In this document: piece after piece, positions 26,849-36,582 of the stretch
Position numbering within the stretch: the first letter of the stretch is position 1
Layout of the letters: the number at the start of each line of letters is the position of its first letter
From: an uncultured Candidatus Saccharibacteria bacterium
GTDB lineage: Bacteria > Patescibacteriota > Minisyncoccia > Phycocordibacterales > UBA9973
NCBI GenBank assembly: GCA_964637995.1
Contig: CAZWXV010000002.1
Span: forward strand, 15,122-67,159
Length of the DNA: 52,038 nt
Direction: 5' to 3'
The notes under the pieces: model-generated
Told to the model about the DNA's origin: nothing
Databases searched by the model: none
Seen by the model: the letters and a program-made list of their open reading frames with translations, nothing else
Position numbers and translations under genes: made by a program

Positions 26849-27601
26849 ATGAAAAAAGCAAAAGAAGTTCTATCTGCATTGCTGGTTATCATCGTGATTG
26901 TGTTTTTAGGTCTTACTCCGGTTACGCCGACCGGCACGTTTTCTATCCGGTGGGGAGATTTGGGAGTCAGACTGGCGGAAGCCGGCGTCATTGATGCGAA
27001 TAAATTTCCAGATTTCTACGATGAAGAATTTATGACAATCAGCCCGGAAAACTCCAGAGTTGCCTTAAACACGTTGTGGGCCCTCGGTCTCTCGAATAAA
27101 AATCCAATTCTTACGGAAGGTCCGATGATGGACCCGAGATATGGCGGCGCGGAAAATTTCGCGTCCACCGGCGGATGGACACTAGCCAAAGGCGATACGA
27201 TGAGCCACTATGGCATGCACTCATTCATAACTCTTACACCCGAACAGCAGGATTTGGTGGAACGGATGTCTAAAAATATCTATCGGCCGTGTTGCGGGAA
27301 TTCCACCTATTTCCCTGATTGCAACCATGGCATGGCCATGCTCGGATTATTGGAACTGATGGCTTCGCAGGGCGCTATGGAAGCTCAGATGTATAAAACC
27401 GCACTAGAGGTAAACACTCTCTGGTTCCCGGATACTTATGCGGCAATTAAAACTCTTTTTGCTTCCCGGGGCGTTGACTGGAGCACAGTTGACCCGAAAG
27501 AAATTTTAGGAGCGGAATATTCCAGCGCGTCCGGGTATCAAAGGGTTTTGTCGCAAATAGAACCGCAGCAGCAAAAGGGCGGGCCGAGCTGCGGCGTTTA
27601 A
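26849..27601 (+). CDS. Hypothetical secreted Cys-rich protein
   Basis: 250 aa with an N-terminal signal/anchor sequence and YRPCCGNSTYFPDCNHGMAM. Confidence 0.45.
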   Translation: MKKAKEVLSALLVIIVIVFLGLTPVTPTGTFSIRWGDLGVRLAEAGVIDANKFPDFYDEEFMTISPENSRVALNTLWALGLSNKNPILTEGPMMDPRYGGAENFASTGGWTLAKGDTMSHYGMHSFITLTPEQQDLVERMSKNIYRPCCGNSTYFPDCNHGMAMLGLLELMASQGAMEAQMYKTALEVNTLWFPDTYAAIKTLFASRGVDWSTVDPKEILGAEYSSASGYQRVLSQIEPQQQKGGPSCGV

Positions 27602-27623
27602 CAGATTCAACATTAAAAAATAT

Positions 27624-28148
27624 ATGCAATACAAAACAACACTCTTACTTGTACTTCTCATGCTCGGAATCACAGGCGGCATCAGCTGGCTGTATATCGC
27701 TCAGGGAGAAAAGAACGAGGAAAAATTAAGTAAGACAATGATTGGCGAAAAAATACCGGAGATGGGCCGCGGCCATGTCAAACCAGGGCAGTCGCACGCA
27801 GAGTATAATTCCAATCCTCCTACTTCAGGACCCCACTGGGTAGGCGTGGCGGGTCCCGGAATAAAAGCCGAACCGGTTGCCGACGAGCTGGTGCTTCATA
27901 GCATGGAGCATGGCGCGGCAGTAGTTTGGTATCGGGAAGGGTTGGATCAAAGCGAGATAGAAAAAATAAAAGAGGCGTTCAACAATTCTTCCGGAAAGAA
28001 AATTATGTTGTCGCGCAAAGACTTAGATGTGCCGGTCGCGCTGACTTCATGGGGTTATCTTCTAAAGCTTGAGACGATTGATGAGGCAGCAATCAAGGAA
28101 TTCATTGAAACCAATAATGACCGAGCGCCAGAAAAAGCTCCGGTTTAA
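27624..28148 (+). CDS. DUF3105-domain protein
   Basis: 174 aa with NSNPPTSGPHW, HSMEHGAAVVWY and ALTSWG. Confidence 0.65.
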   Translation: MQYKTTLLLVLLMLGITGGISWLYIAQGEKNEEKLSKTMIGEKIPEMGRGHVKPGQSHAEYNSNPPTSGPHWVGVAGPGIKAEPVADELVLHSMEHGAAVVWYREGLDQSEIEKIKEAFNNSSGKKIMLSRKDLDVPVALTSWGYLLKLETIDEAAIKEFIETNNDRAPEKAPV

Positions 28149-28177
28149 GCGAATTATTAATATCCATCAAAAACAAT

Positions 28178-28315
28178 ATGAACTACCTATTACTTATTTT
28201 TCTTGGTGTTTGTGTAGCCCTCCACATTTGGATGATGTTTAGGGGGCACAAAGGACACAAAAAACAGACTAGTGATGAACATAAAGGGAATAATCATGGT
28301 GGATGTTGCCATTAA
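28178..28315 (+). CDS. Small membrane peptide with a His-rich tail ending GGCCH (45 aa; below the ORF-track length cut-off)
   Basis: My own translation is MNYLLLIFLGVCVALHIWMMFRGHKGHKKQTSDEHKGNNHGGCCH. Confidence 0.4.
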   Translation: MNYLLLIFLGVCVALHIWMMFRGHKGHKKQTSDEHKGNNHGGCCH

Positions 28316-28379
28316 AAAATACACAATAAAATAGATTTTGGTTGCGGAACATAATTTTTCGTGATAAATTGTACGTTCA

Positions 28380-29390
28380 ATGGCAAAGAACTACACATTT
28401 CACGTTTCCGGCACGCATTGCGCGTCCTGCAAAATCTTGATTGAAGATATTCTGAAAGAGCAGGACTTTGTGAAAAGTTCTAGAGTGGATTTGAAAAAAC
28501 AAACTTTAGAAATTGAGACTGAAAGCGAAGAGAACGCTGAAGAAATTGCCGCCATCCTGACCGAAAAGATAAAGCCACACGGCTATGAGCTGTCAGTCGA
28601 AAAAAAGCTTCCTGTGCAAAAAGGAGACGACGTTATCTGGAAAGCCGTACCTGTAGGGCTTGGCGTGCTCGCGCTTTTTTTCCTCCTGCAAAGGTCGGGG
28701 ATTCTCAATTTTGGCTTGGGCGGCCAAGCCACTCCGGCGACCAGTTTTATCATCGGTCTGGTTGCCTCGGTTTCCAGCTGTCTGGCGATTGTGGGAGGTT
28801 TGGTGCTGTCGCTCTCGGCGAAAATATCACAGGATGATGTAAGCGACACTAAAACTTTCCTGCTTTTTCACATAGGAAGATTGTTCAGTTTTGCAATTTT
28901 GGGCGGAGTTCTTGGAGCGGTTGGCAACGCGATAGGTATTAATTTTACATTTACCGCAATTCTTGGAATTATTGCATCTCTGGTTATGCTATTGCTTGGA
29001 TTGAATTTAGTCGGAGTATTTGCAAAAAGTCACATTACTTTACCGTCAGGAATTTTTAATTTCTTCCGGAAGATAGAACACAAAACTTTCACGCCTCTTC
29101 TTATTGGCTTTGGAACATTTTTCTTACCTTGCGGGTTTACGCAGTCAATGCAAGTTGTCGCGCTCGGCAGCGGTTCCTTTGTTTCCGGGCTCATGATAAT
29201 GTTTGCGTTCGCGCTTGGCACGCTACCAATGCTCGCATTGCTTTCTTTCGGCTCGGCATCTTTCGCGCACGGGAAGCACGCGCCGCTTTTCTTCAAATCC
29301 GCGGGTGTGGTCGTGGTGGGCCTCGGATTGTTTGCGTTGCTCTCAGGTCTGGCAGCCTTGGGTATTATCAGCCCGTTATTTAGTATATAA
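28380..29390 (+). CDS. HMA-domain fused to a TauE/SafE-like (DsbD_2-type) membrane protein
   Basis: 336 aa. Has an N-terminal FHVSGTHCASCKILIE, then about six transmembrane helices with FFLPCGFTQSM. Confidence 0.75.
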   Translation: MAKNYTFHVSGTHCASCKILIEDILKEQDFVKSSRVDLKKQTLEIETESEENAEEIAAILTEKIKPHGYELSVEKKLPVQKGDDVIWKAVPVGLGVLALFFLLQRSGILNFGLGGQATPATSFIIGLVASVSSCLAIVGGLVLSLSAKISQDDVSDTKTFLLFHIGRLFSFAILGGVLGAVGNAIGINFTFTAILGIIASLVMLLLGLNLVGVFAKSHITLPSGIFNFFRKIEHKTFTPLLIGFGTFFLPCGFTQSMQVVALGSGSFVSGLMIMFAFALGTLPMLALLSFGSASFAHGKHAPLFFKSAGVVVVGLGLFALLSGLAALGIISPLFSI

Positions 29391-29401
29391 TTGCTTCAAT
29401 C

Positions 29402-29797
29402 ATGAATAAATCAGTTTTAGTTATAATCACATTGGGAATTGTTGCAGCTTTCGGCATTATTTTTTATGGCGGTGAGCAAAAATCCGCTTCGGTTGATAAC
29501 GTAGAGGTTCGGGACGGGGTACAATATATAACCATCGATGCCAAAGGGGGTTATTCACCCGCAATTTCTGCCGCGCAAGCGGGTATGCCCACCAAACTAA
29601 TAGTCAAAACGAACGGCACTTACGACTGCTCGGCGGCGCTCCTGGTGCGTGATGCGAATTTCCAACAGATGCTGCCCGGAACCGGCGAAACGGAGATTGA
29701 CCTTGGTATGAAGAATGCCGGAGAGAAAGTAGAAGGGGTGTGCGGCATGGGCATGTATAACTTTGAAATTAATTTCGAGCCCCCGAATTCCGAATAA
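29402..29797 (+). CDS. Cupredoxin-like small anchored protein
   Basis: 131 aa. Has a transmembrane anchor and then QYITIDAKGGYSP...YDCSAAL...GVCGMGMYNFEINF, the Cupredoxin_1-type pattern often found next to HMA-TauE genes. Confidence 0.55.
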   Translation: MNKSVLVIITLGIVAAFGIIFYGGEQKSASVDNVEVRDGVQYITIDAKGGYSPAISAAQAGMPTKLIVKTNGTYDCSAALLVRDANFQQMLPGTGETEIDLGMKNAGEKVEGVCGMGMYNFEINFEPPNSE

Positions 29798-29849
29798 AAG
29801 GCTCTAAAACCCCGATTAAACCAGCCTTACTAAGGCCTTTGCCGGCCTA

Positions 29850-29878
29850 TTGCCTGTATTTCCAATAAACCTTATAAT
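29850..29878 (+). promoter_or_regulatory. Promoter TTGCCT-17-TATAAT upstream of the giant surface protein gene
   Basis: TTGCCT at 29850-29855 and TATAAT at 29873-29878, giving a leader of about 50 nt before the TTG/GTG start. Confidence 0.5.
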
Positions 29879-29934
29879 ATTGTTGAGCGCAAGCGTTTAA
29901 TTTGGCATTTGATTTTGCTTAGCGCCGAGAACAT

Positions 29935-32900
29935 TTGGTGAACAAAATAAAAAAAATTGGCCTGACAAAGAGCATCAAAACGACACTGCCCGCAGTTTTG
30001 CTGTTTTTCTTTGTTTTTTACAACATTCTCTTTGCGGCGCCGGGTACGCCGCTTATGCTCCACCATCAGGGCCGGCTGCTTGATTCTTCGGGCAATCTTT
30101 TAGGTGGCTCTTCCGGCACTAATTATTGTTTCCGCTTTTCTTTCTATGATAATGCCACGGTAGGTAGCGGTTCCAAACTTTGGCCTGCCGGTACGCCGTC
30201 AAAAATGACGGTCAACGTCAAAGACGGAGTACTCAATGCCGACATCGGCGACACGACCGCCGGCGGAGACTCTCTGGATTTTAATTTCCAAACTACAGAT
30301 GAAATTTATCTCAACATTGAGGTGGCCAATTCTTCGGGAGGGTCCTGCGCGAGCGTAACTACCTTCGAAACCTTGAGTCCGCGCCAGCGCGTAGTTTCCG
30401 CAGGTTACGCTATCAATTCTAAGACAGTCGGCGGCTTCACTCCTTCGCAGACTCCTACGGGCAATCAGATCCCCGTGCTTACTTCCGGCGTACTGGCTTT
30501 GGGCGCGAATGACATCACCATGACCGGTTCTATTGGCACGACGCTCGCGAGAATTCTCAAGGGCTGGTTCACGGATTTGGAAGTGACCAATTCGATAGTC
30601 GGTAGCATCACGGGGAATGCGGGAACGGTAACGACCAATGCGAACTTAACGGGGGCAGTTACCTCTGTCGGCAATGCTACATCTTTAGGTTCGTTTACAT
30701 CAGCCAACTTACTGACTGCTTTAACTGATGAAACGGGAACGGGAGTCGCGGTGTTCGGCACAGCGCCGACATTTACTACTAGCATAACTGCGCCTCTTGT
30801 AATAGGGGGAACGGGAACAACTGATGATTTGATTTTAAGAACTACTTCTGGTGTGGGAGCGACAGGCGCGGATATGATTTTCCAAGTCGGCAATAATGGC
30901 GCCACGGAAGCCATGCGGATACTGAATTCCGGTTTTGTGGGAATAGGTACGACAGCGCCATCAACCCTCCTTCACCTTCGGAGCGCGGACCCAGTGATGA
31001 CCTTTACCGACACAACGGCTAGTAGTGATGAGTTCCATATTCGGAACGGCGCTGCGGGGACAGCTATGTTTGATATTTATAATGCTACTGAAACCCAGAG
31101 TATGCTTACGATAGTGGGAGATAGCGAGGTGAGAATCGGCTCAAGTACAAATCCGGGAGGTATAGGCAATGCTAGTCGCTTACTTGTTTATGGCGGAACA
31201 AACGGTGCAAATATTGACGCTTTGGGAGATGGAACCATTGTCGGCGGCGACCAGGCGACTATTGAACTGGAAGGTTCTGACTACGCAACAGAGTTCAAAA
31301 GCACTCGCCTTCAGTACCATGGGGTAAATGCTATCGGCACAACGATGGGTTTCAGCCTGGTTAACCTCGGACAATTGACATTTCAGAGCGCTAGTACGGC
31401 TATAATAAGGACGACCAATGCCATACCAATAATCTTTGGAACAGACGACACAGAAAGAATGCGTCTAGATAGCACCGGAAAACTCGGTATCGGTTCAATC
31501 TCACCCGAAGCCCTCCTCGAAGTACAGGGAATAGAAGCCACCGATGCGATCATCGCGCTCGATGCGGACGACGGAGACGATGCTACTGATACTTGGTTTA
31601 TAAAATCTCTGGCTTCCGACAATTCTCTTTCAATATTAAATGATGTTACTGAAGTTTTTAATCTTTCCTCAGGAGGGAATCTTGCGGTTGACGGCACTAT
31701 TGCCGCTTCCAACTTCTCAGGTTCTTCTTCCGGTGCAAATACCGGCGATGTCACCTTGGCTGGAACTCCCGACTACATAACTATCGCCAGTCAAGTCATA
31801 ACCAGAAACAAACTTGACCCGGCGGATGATTTAAATACTTTTGCGTCAGGCGTTCTTGCTGGTCTAGTAACCGACGAAATCGGAACGGGAGCTTTAGTAT
31901 TTGCAACTTCCCCAACTTTGACTACCCCGGTTTTAGGCGTAGCCACTGGAACAAGCCTTGCCACATCAGCCCAAAATATTTTCACGGCTACCGGAGGGAC
32001 TGCCCCGCTCGTTGTTCGTTCGGCTACGGCTACGGATGACGATTTAAGACTCTTGCCTTTTACAACCGGTGCTGCGCGCTTTGCCGGCATTATAACCTCC
32101 GCTGACCTTACCGCTGATAGAACTTATACTTTTCCAGATACTACCGGAACGGTTGCCCTGACCACTAACAATCTCTCGGTCTTTGCCGCTACCACTTCGG
32201 CTCAACTGGCCGGAGTAATCAGCGATGAAACCGGCAGCGGAGTTCTAGTCTTCGCCACAAGTCCTACCCTTGTAACGCCTGCTCTCGGAACACCGTCAGC
32301 ATTAGTTGGCACAAACATTACAGGCACAGCTTCCGGTTTGACTGCCGGTAATGTGACGACCAATGCGAATTTGACGGGAGCTATCACTTCTGTCGGCAAT
32401 GCCACATCTTTAGGCTCGTTTTCATCAGCTAATTTATTGACTGCCTTAACGGATGAAACGGGAACAGGAGTGGCGGTCTTTGGAACAGCTCCGACATTTA
32501 CAACCCAAATAACCACACCCCTTGTTTTAGGCGGAACTTCGACTACTCAAGATTTATCTTTCCAAACCACATCTGGCGTAGGCGCCACGGGAGCCGATAT
32601 GCATTTCTTGGTAGGCAACAATGGAACTACGGAAGCCATGACTATTTTGAATAGTGGTTTTGTTGGAATTGGAACAGTAGCCCCGCTAACTGCATTTCAC
32701 GTGGTAGATACTTCGGGAACTGTTCTCTACCTTGATGAGTATGTGGGGTCGGCTTCAGGAGCAACCATCCGTGGACGAAAAGCGCGGGGAACGGCAGCAG
32801 CACCTCGAAGGGCTAACACCGGGGATACACTTGCAGGATTTAATGCATTCGGAGCAACAGCTGTCGATGATGCGACTGACGCGGTATTTCCTTCTAACGC

Positions 32901-35900
32901 AAACGGGCAGTTCAGATATTTCGCCGCGGAGAATTTCACTTCCACGTCCACAGGAACATATTTGACTTTAACCACTACACCTACAGGGTCTACAACCTCT
33001 GCAGAAAGGTTTAGAATTGACCCTTCCGGAGATGTCGGGATTGGCGCCACGGACCCGGCTCTTGTTTCAGGATCCTCCGATAGGATTTTAGCAATTGAAG
33101 GAGCCACTAATCCGTTAATCGCTCTTAAGAACACAACAGCCAATCAGCAGTGGGCTTGGTATGTCGGTAGTGCCGGCACACTTACTGCGTTCGACGCGAC
33201 AAGCACAAGTAATAGAATGGGTATTACTACGTCCGGCAATGTCGGCATAAATACCATTTCACCTCTTGTCAGACTCGACGTCGCAGGCTCAGGCAGATTT
33301 ACCGGCACAGCGACTTCTGTTTTGACCGGTACTATTGATCCCGCGGCTTCCACTACGGTTACTGGTGTAGGAACTTTATTTACTACTGAACTAGTAGTCG
33401 GCGACAGAATCACCGTCACGGGCGAGACAAGAACGGTTACAGCCATCGCTACGAATACTAGTTTGACCGTAGATACAGCTTTCACGGATAACTTAAACGA
33501 CACCTCTCCCGACAAACTGGCGGCTATATTGCTGGCGAGGGATTCCAGCAATGTAGTGAAGGTTGCGGTGAATGATTCCGGGTTTGTTGGAATAGGAACC
33601 AGCAGTCCTTCCACGTTACTTTCTGTGGTTGGAGTAGGCACCGCAGAATCGGCACGAATAGACAATCCACAATCAACTACCGCTTTTGCTTCCACATTTG
33701 GAGCTTTGAATTTGGTAAATTCTGACGCTACGGCAAATAACTTTGCGAGACTGAATTTCACAGGTTCTTCAAGTACCGCAGCTTCAGCCACAGTCGCAGG
33801 TAGATTGCTTGACCACACTAATAATTATGCCGACCTTACTTTTTGGACTAGAAGCGCCGCAGGATTCACGGAAAAAATGACAATTCTTTCCACAGGTGCC
33901 GTCGGCATCGGGACAAACGCGCCGGACTACACCTTAGACGTAGCTGTCAGCGATTCCGCCACTGCCACCGTTGCACAACTCTTGAGGCTGTCTCACAGGA
34001 GCACCGGCCTTGTTGCCAGCGGTTTTGGAGCCGGAATCCGGTTTGATCTGGAGACTGCAGCTGACACACTTCAGGAGGCGGGAAGCATAGAAACTTCATG
34101 GAGAAACGGCCCAGATGCGGATGCGCATATGATTTTTAAACTTTTTACCGAAGGCGGAACATCCCAGCAGTTCTTTAAAATTGATTCCATAGGCTCCGTG
34201 GAGATTGGAGCGGCTGATAGCACCGTGGCTACAATATTGAATAATAAAATAACTTTACACGATCCATCCACAGCCCTTTCCAACGATGCTACATTTGGAA
34301 CCATTGATTTCCAACACTCTGATGCTTCAGATCCCGGTGTACCTGTTAAGATAGAAGCCAGAGCAGACGGCACGACCGGCGGCGGGGCCTTGGTTTTCTC
34401 GACCGGTTTCCCTTCCGTCGACCCGGCATTGTCCGAGAAAATGCGAATAACTAATTCCGGCAACGTTGGTATCGGTACCTCGGCGCCTCTACTAAAACTC
34501 GACGTCGCCGGTTCGGAAAGAGTCACCGGTGCTGCAACTTCTGTTTTAACAGGAAGTATTAACCCAACAGCATCAACAGCTGTTGTTGGCGTTGGCACTC
34601 TCTTCACTACGGAATTAGTAGTTGGTGACAGAATTACTGTTAGCGGAGAAACAAGAACAGTAACAGTCATAACTGATGCTCTAAACCTTACCGTTGATAC
34701 AGCTTTTACCGATACTGCTAACGACACAACGCCGGATAAATTACCCGCAATATTCTTAGCCAGAGATTCCAGTAATGCGGTGAAATTCTCGGTTAATGAT
34801 TTGGGAAATGTGGGTATCGGAACAGCAGCGCCGCTATCTACTTTCCACCTATTTAGTAGTGCAACATCTGATGTATTTGCAGGCATGGGCCTTGACCCCT
34901 CTTTCGGGGGAGCAGGTAGCGCAATGAATTTCGGTTATTCTGGCGCATCTTTTGGTAGAGGTTCAGGTTTCTTTAATGTTAGACCAGACGCTTCTGCCAC
35001 AGGCCTTAACCCATCTCTTAGATTCGCAACAAATAATATTGTGGGTCTTGTTATTGATAAAAACCAAAATGTGTCAATTGGCGCTTCTCTCGCCGTGGGA
35101 ACCAGCGCGGTCAAAGTATTTGGGATCGGCAACGGTACTGCTCCTACAACAGCCCCCGCCGACATGATTCAGTTATGGTCTGCCGATTATGCAGCGGGAG
35201 ATGCCCGTCTTTTCCTTCGTTCCGAATCGGGCAACGCGATGGCTTTGGGCAACAGCACTATCGTGGGCGGCTCGGCAACAACGGATGATTTGATTCTTCG
35301 CACCACATCCGGAGTCGGAGCCGCTGGCGCGGATATGATATTCCAAGTGGGGAACAACGGAGCCACGGAATCTATGAGAATTTTAAATAGCGGCAATGTC
35401 GGCATATCGACTACTGTGCCGCAGTCCTTGCTGGATGTGCAAGGTCCAGTGGGTACGGGAGCAACATCCGCAGGTATCCTCACTCTTGCTACAAAGGAAC
35501 TTACTATAGTTGATAACGACCAGTTGGGACGAATCAATTTTAATTCACCTCTTGAGTCGGATGGTCTAGATTCTATTTTAGCAGGCGGGGCCATATGGGC
35601 TGAAGCCGAAGCTACTTTCAGCACTACAGTTAATAGCACAGCATTGGTATTTGGCACAGCTACTACATCGGCGGCGGTGGAAAGAATGAGGATCGACAGC
35701 GCGGGCGGGATTACTTTCCCTGCCGAAGCAGGAGCATTCGCGAACGACTATTTGTGTATAGCTACGGGGACTGGAGCCATCAGTTCCAAGGCAACAGCAT
35801 GTACCGGAAGCTCTTCATTACGATACAAGAAAAATATTAAAGACCTTGAACTTGGGCTTGATGCGGTGCTGGCGATGCGCCCTGTGGAGTTTGATTGGAC

Positions 35901-36573
35901 TCTAGAATACATAAAAAATCCTAATGCCCCTCGCCAGATAGGATTCATTGCCGAAGAGATGGAAAAGATCAGTCCATTGTTCGTATCGTATGAGGATGGG
36001 CAAATAGAGGGAGTAGAGTATATGAAACTTACATCTGTATTAGCAAAGGCAATTCAGGATTTGAATCTAAATCTAGAATCAATAGCAATTCCACTTGATT
36101 TTGAAAATGAAAAATCGTTTGCGGAAAGGTTTTTCGCCAAGATGACGGAGTGGCTCGCGGATGCGGGCAATGGCATAACGGATATGTTTGCCAATACGTT
36201 CAATGCCAAAGAAAAAATTTGTGTGGACGGGGAGTGCCTGACCAAGGAAGACATCCGCGCCCTGCTCATCCTATCCGGCTCATCTTCTTCAGGTTCTTCA
36301 GGCGGCGGCGGTTCTCCTGCTCCTGAGCCCGCGCCGGAACCTGCCCCTGAACCAACTCCGGAACCAGCACCCGAACCAGTTCCGGAGCCCGCACCCGAGC
36401 CGACTCCAGAACCGGAACCTGTCCCTGAACCAATCCCGGAACCTACACCAGAGCCTACTCCCGAACCCGCACCCGTACCCGAACCTGTTGTTGAACCTAC
36501 ACCTGAACCCGAACCTGCCCCAGAACCCGTCACCGCCGATGGCGGGACCCCGCAGGATGCGGTGGCGCTTTAA
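29935..36573 (+). CDS. Giant (2212 aa) secreted phage-tail-fibre-like protein with a peptidase-S74 intramolecular chaperone domain and a PEPx-repeat tail
   Basis: TTG (29935) or GTG (29938) start, with an N-terminal signal/anchor. Ten modules end in ...MRI..SG.VGIGT..P...[15 protein letters not shown]...[13 protein letters not shown]...[17 protein letters not shown] domain matches the tail-fibre/endosialidase chaperone pattern. The C-terminus is a Gly/Ser run followed by (PEPx)n. Confidence 0.85.
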   Translation: MVNKIKKIGLTKSIKTTLPAVLLFFFVFYNILFAAPGTPLMLHHQGRLLDSSGNLLGGSSGTNYCFRFSFYDNATVGSGSKLWPAGTPSKMTVNVKDGVLNADIGDTTAGGDSLDFNFQTTDEIYLNIEVANSSGGSCASVTTFETLSPRQRVVSAGYAINSKTVGGFTPSQTPTGNQIPVLTSGVLALGANDITMTGSIGTTLARILKGWFTDLEVTNSIVGSITGNAGTVTTNANLTGAVTSVGNATSLGSFTSANLLTALTDETGTGVAVFGTAPTFTTSITAPLVIGGTGTTDDLILRTTSGVGATGADMIFQVGNNGATEAMRILNSGFVGIGTTAPSTLLHLRSADPVMTFTDTTASSDEFHIRNGAAGTAMFDIYNATETQSMLTIVGDSEVRIGSSTNPGGIGNASRLLVYGGTNGANIDALGDGTIVGGDQATIELEGSDYATEFKSTRLQYHGVNAIGTTMGFSLVNLGQLTFQSASTAIIRTTNAIPIIFGTDDTERMRLDSTGKLGIGSISPEALLEVQGIEATDAIIALDADDGDDATDTWFIKSLASDNSLSILNDVTEVFNLSSGGNLAVDGTIAASNFSGSSSGANTGDVTLAGTPDYITIASQVITRNKLDPADDLNTFASGVLAGLVTDEIGTGALVFATSPTLTTPVLGVATGTSLATSAQNIFTATGGTAPLVVRSATATDDDLRLLPFTTGAARFAGIITSADLTADRTYTFPDTTGTVALTTNNLSVFAATTSAQLAGVISDETGSGVLVFATSPTLVTPALGTPSALVGTNITGTASGLTAGNVTTNANLTGAITSVGNATSLGSFSSANLLTALTDETGTGVAVFGTAPTFTTQITTPLVLGGTSTTQDLSFQTTSGVGATGADMHFLVGNNGTTEAMTILNSGFVGIGTVAPLTAFHVVDTSGTVLYLDEYVGSASGATIRGRKARGTAAAPRRANTGDTLAGFNAFGATAVDDATDAVFPSNANGQFRYFAAENFTSTSTGTYLTLTTTPTGSTTSAERFRIDPSGDVGIGATDPALVSGSSDRILAIEGATNPLIALKNTTANQQWAWYVGSAGTLTAFDATSTSNRMGITTSGNVGINTISPLVRLDVAGSGRFTGTATSVLTGTIDPAASTTVTGVGTLFTTELVVGDRITVTGETRTVTAIATNTSLTVDTAFTDNLNDTSPDKLAAILLARDSSNVVKVAVNDSGFVGIGTSSPSTLLSVVGVGTAESARIDNPQSTTAFASTFGALNLVNSDATANNFARLNFTGSSSTAASATVAGRLLDHTNNYADLTFWTRSAAGFTEKMTILSTGAVGIGTNAPDYTLDVAVSDSATATVAQLLRLSHRSTGLVASGFGAGIRFDLETAADTLQEAGSIETSWRNGPDADAHMIFKLFTEGGTSQQFFKIDSIGSVEIGAADSTVATILNNKITLHDPSTALSNDATFGTIDFQHSDASDPGVPVKIEARADGTTGGGALVFSTGFPSVDPALSEKMRITNSGNVGIGTSAPLLKLDVAGSERVTGAATSVLTGSINPTASTAVVGVGTLFTTELVVGDRITVSGETRTVTVITDALNLTVDTAFTDTANDTTPDKLPAIFLARDSSNAVKFSVNDLGNVGIGTAAPLSTFHLFSSATSDVFAGMGLDPSFGGAGSAMNFGYSGASFGRGSGFFNVRPDASATGLNPSLRFATNNIVGLVIDKNQNVSIGASLAVGTSAVKVFGIGNGTAPTTAPADMIQLWSADYAAGDARLFLRSESGNAMALGNSTIVGGSATTDDLILRTTSGVGAAGADMIFQVGNNGATESMRILNSGNVGISTTVPQSLLDVQGPVGTGATSAGILTLATKELTIVDNDQLGRINFNSPLESDGLDSILAGGAIWAEAEATFSTTVNSTALVFGTATTSAAVERMRIDSAGGITFPAEAGAFANDYLCIATGTGAISSKATACTGSSSLRYKKNIKDLELGLDAVLAMRPVEFDWTLEYIKNPNAPRQIGFIAEEMEKISPLFVSYEDGQIEGVEYMKLTSVLAKAIQDLNLNLESIAIPLDFENEKSFAERFFAKMTEWLADAGNGITDMFANTFNAKEKICVDGECLTKEDIRALLILSGSSSSGSSGGGGSPAPEPAPEPAPEPTPEPAPEPVPEPAPEPTPEPEPVPEPIPEPTPEPTPEPAPVPEPVVEPTPEPEPAPEPVTADGGTPQDAVAL
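30631..30960 (+). repeat. Intragenic repeat family 1, copy a (330 nt)
   Basis: Encodes [22 protein letters not shown]...[32 protein letters not shown]. Clearly similar at the DNA level to 32356..32685, offset exactly 1725 nt and in frame. Confidence 0.85.
32356..32685 (+). repeat. Intragenic repeat family 1, copy b
   Basis: Encodes [22 protein letters not shown]...[32 protein letters not shown]. Confidence 0.85.
33235..33609 (+). repeat. Intragenic repeat family 2, copy a (375 nt)
   Basis: Encodes [36 protein letters not shown]...[24 protein letters not shown]...FVGIGTSSP. Confidence 0.85.
34459..34833 (+). repeat. Intragenic repeat family 2, copy b (offset exactly 1224 nt)
   Basis: Encodes [36 protein letters not shown]...[24 protein letters not shown]...NVGIGTAAP. 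Confidence 0.85.
35266..35421 (+). repeat. Intragenic repeat family 1, partial copy c
   Basis: Encodes [52 protein letters not shown], matching the second half of copy a. Confidence 0.8.
36316..36528 (+). repeat. Tandem 12-nt (Pro-Glu-Pro-X) coding repeat
   Basis: Encodes [71 protein letters not shown]. Confidence 0.9.
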
Positions 36574-36582
36574 TCTGCGATT

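Noticed and set aside
36316-36528. Regular short tandem repeats that could superficially look like a CRISPR or minisatellite array
   Set aside because: The period is 12 nt with no spacers. The tract is in frame within a long ORF and encodes Pro-Glu-Pro-X, so it is a coding proline-rich repeat.
30465-36533. Several long minus-strand ORFs inside the giant gene (30465-30914, 33144-33818, 34071-34886, 35187-35657, 36054-36533)
   Set aside because: They are antisense shadows of a Thr/Gly/Ala/Ser-rich repetitive coding sequence. Their products are low-complexity (for example GSGAGSG opposite the PEPx repeat), whereas the plus-strand frame is continuous for 2212 codons with recognisable domains.
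29935-36573. Prophage or phage-tail remnant interpretation of the tail-fibre-like gene
   Set aside because: No capsid, terminase, portal, baseplate, integrase or lysis genes occur anywhere in the 52-kb window. The protein has a Sec-type signal/anchor and is followed by cohesin/dockerin genes, so a cellular surface fibre is more likely.
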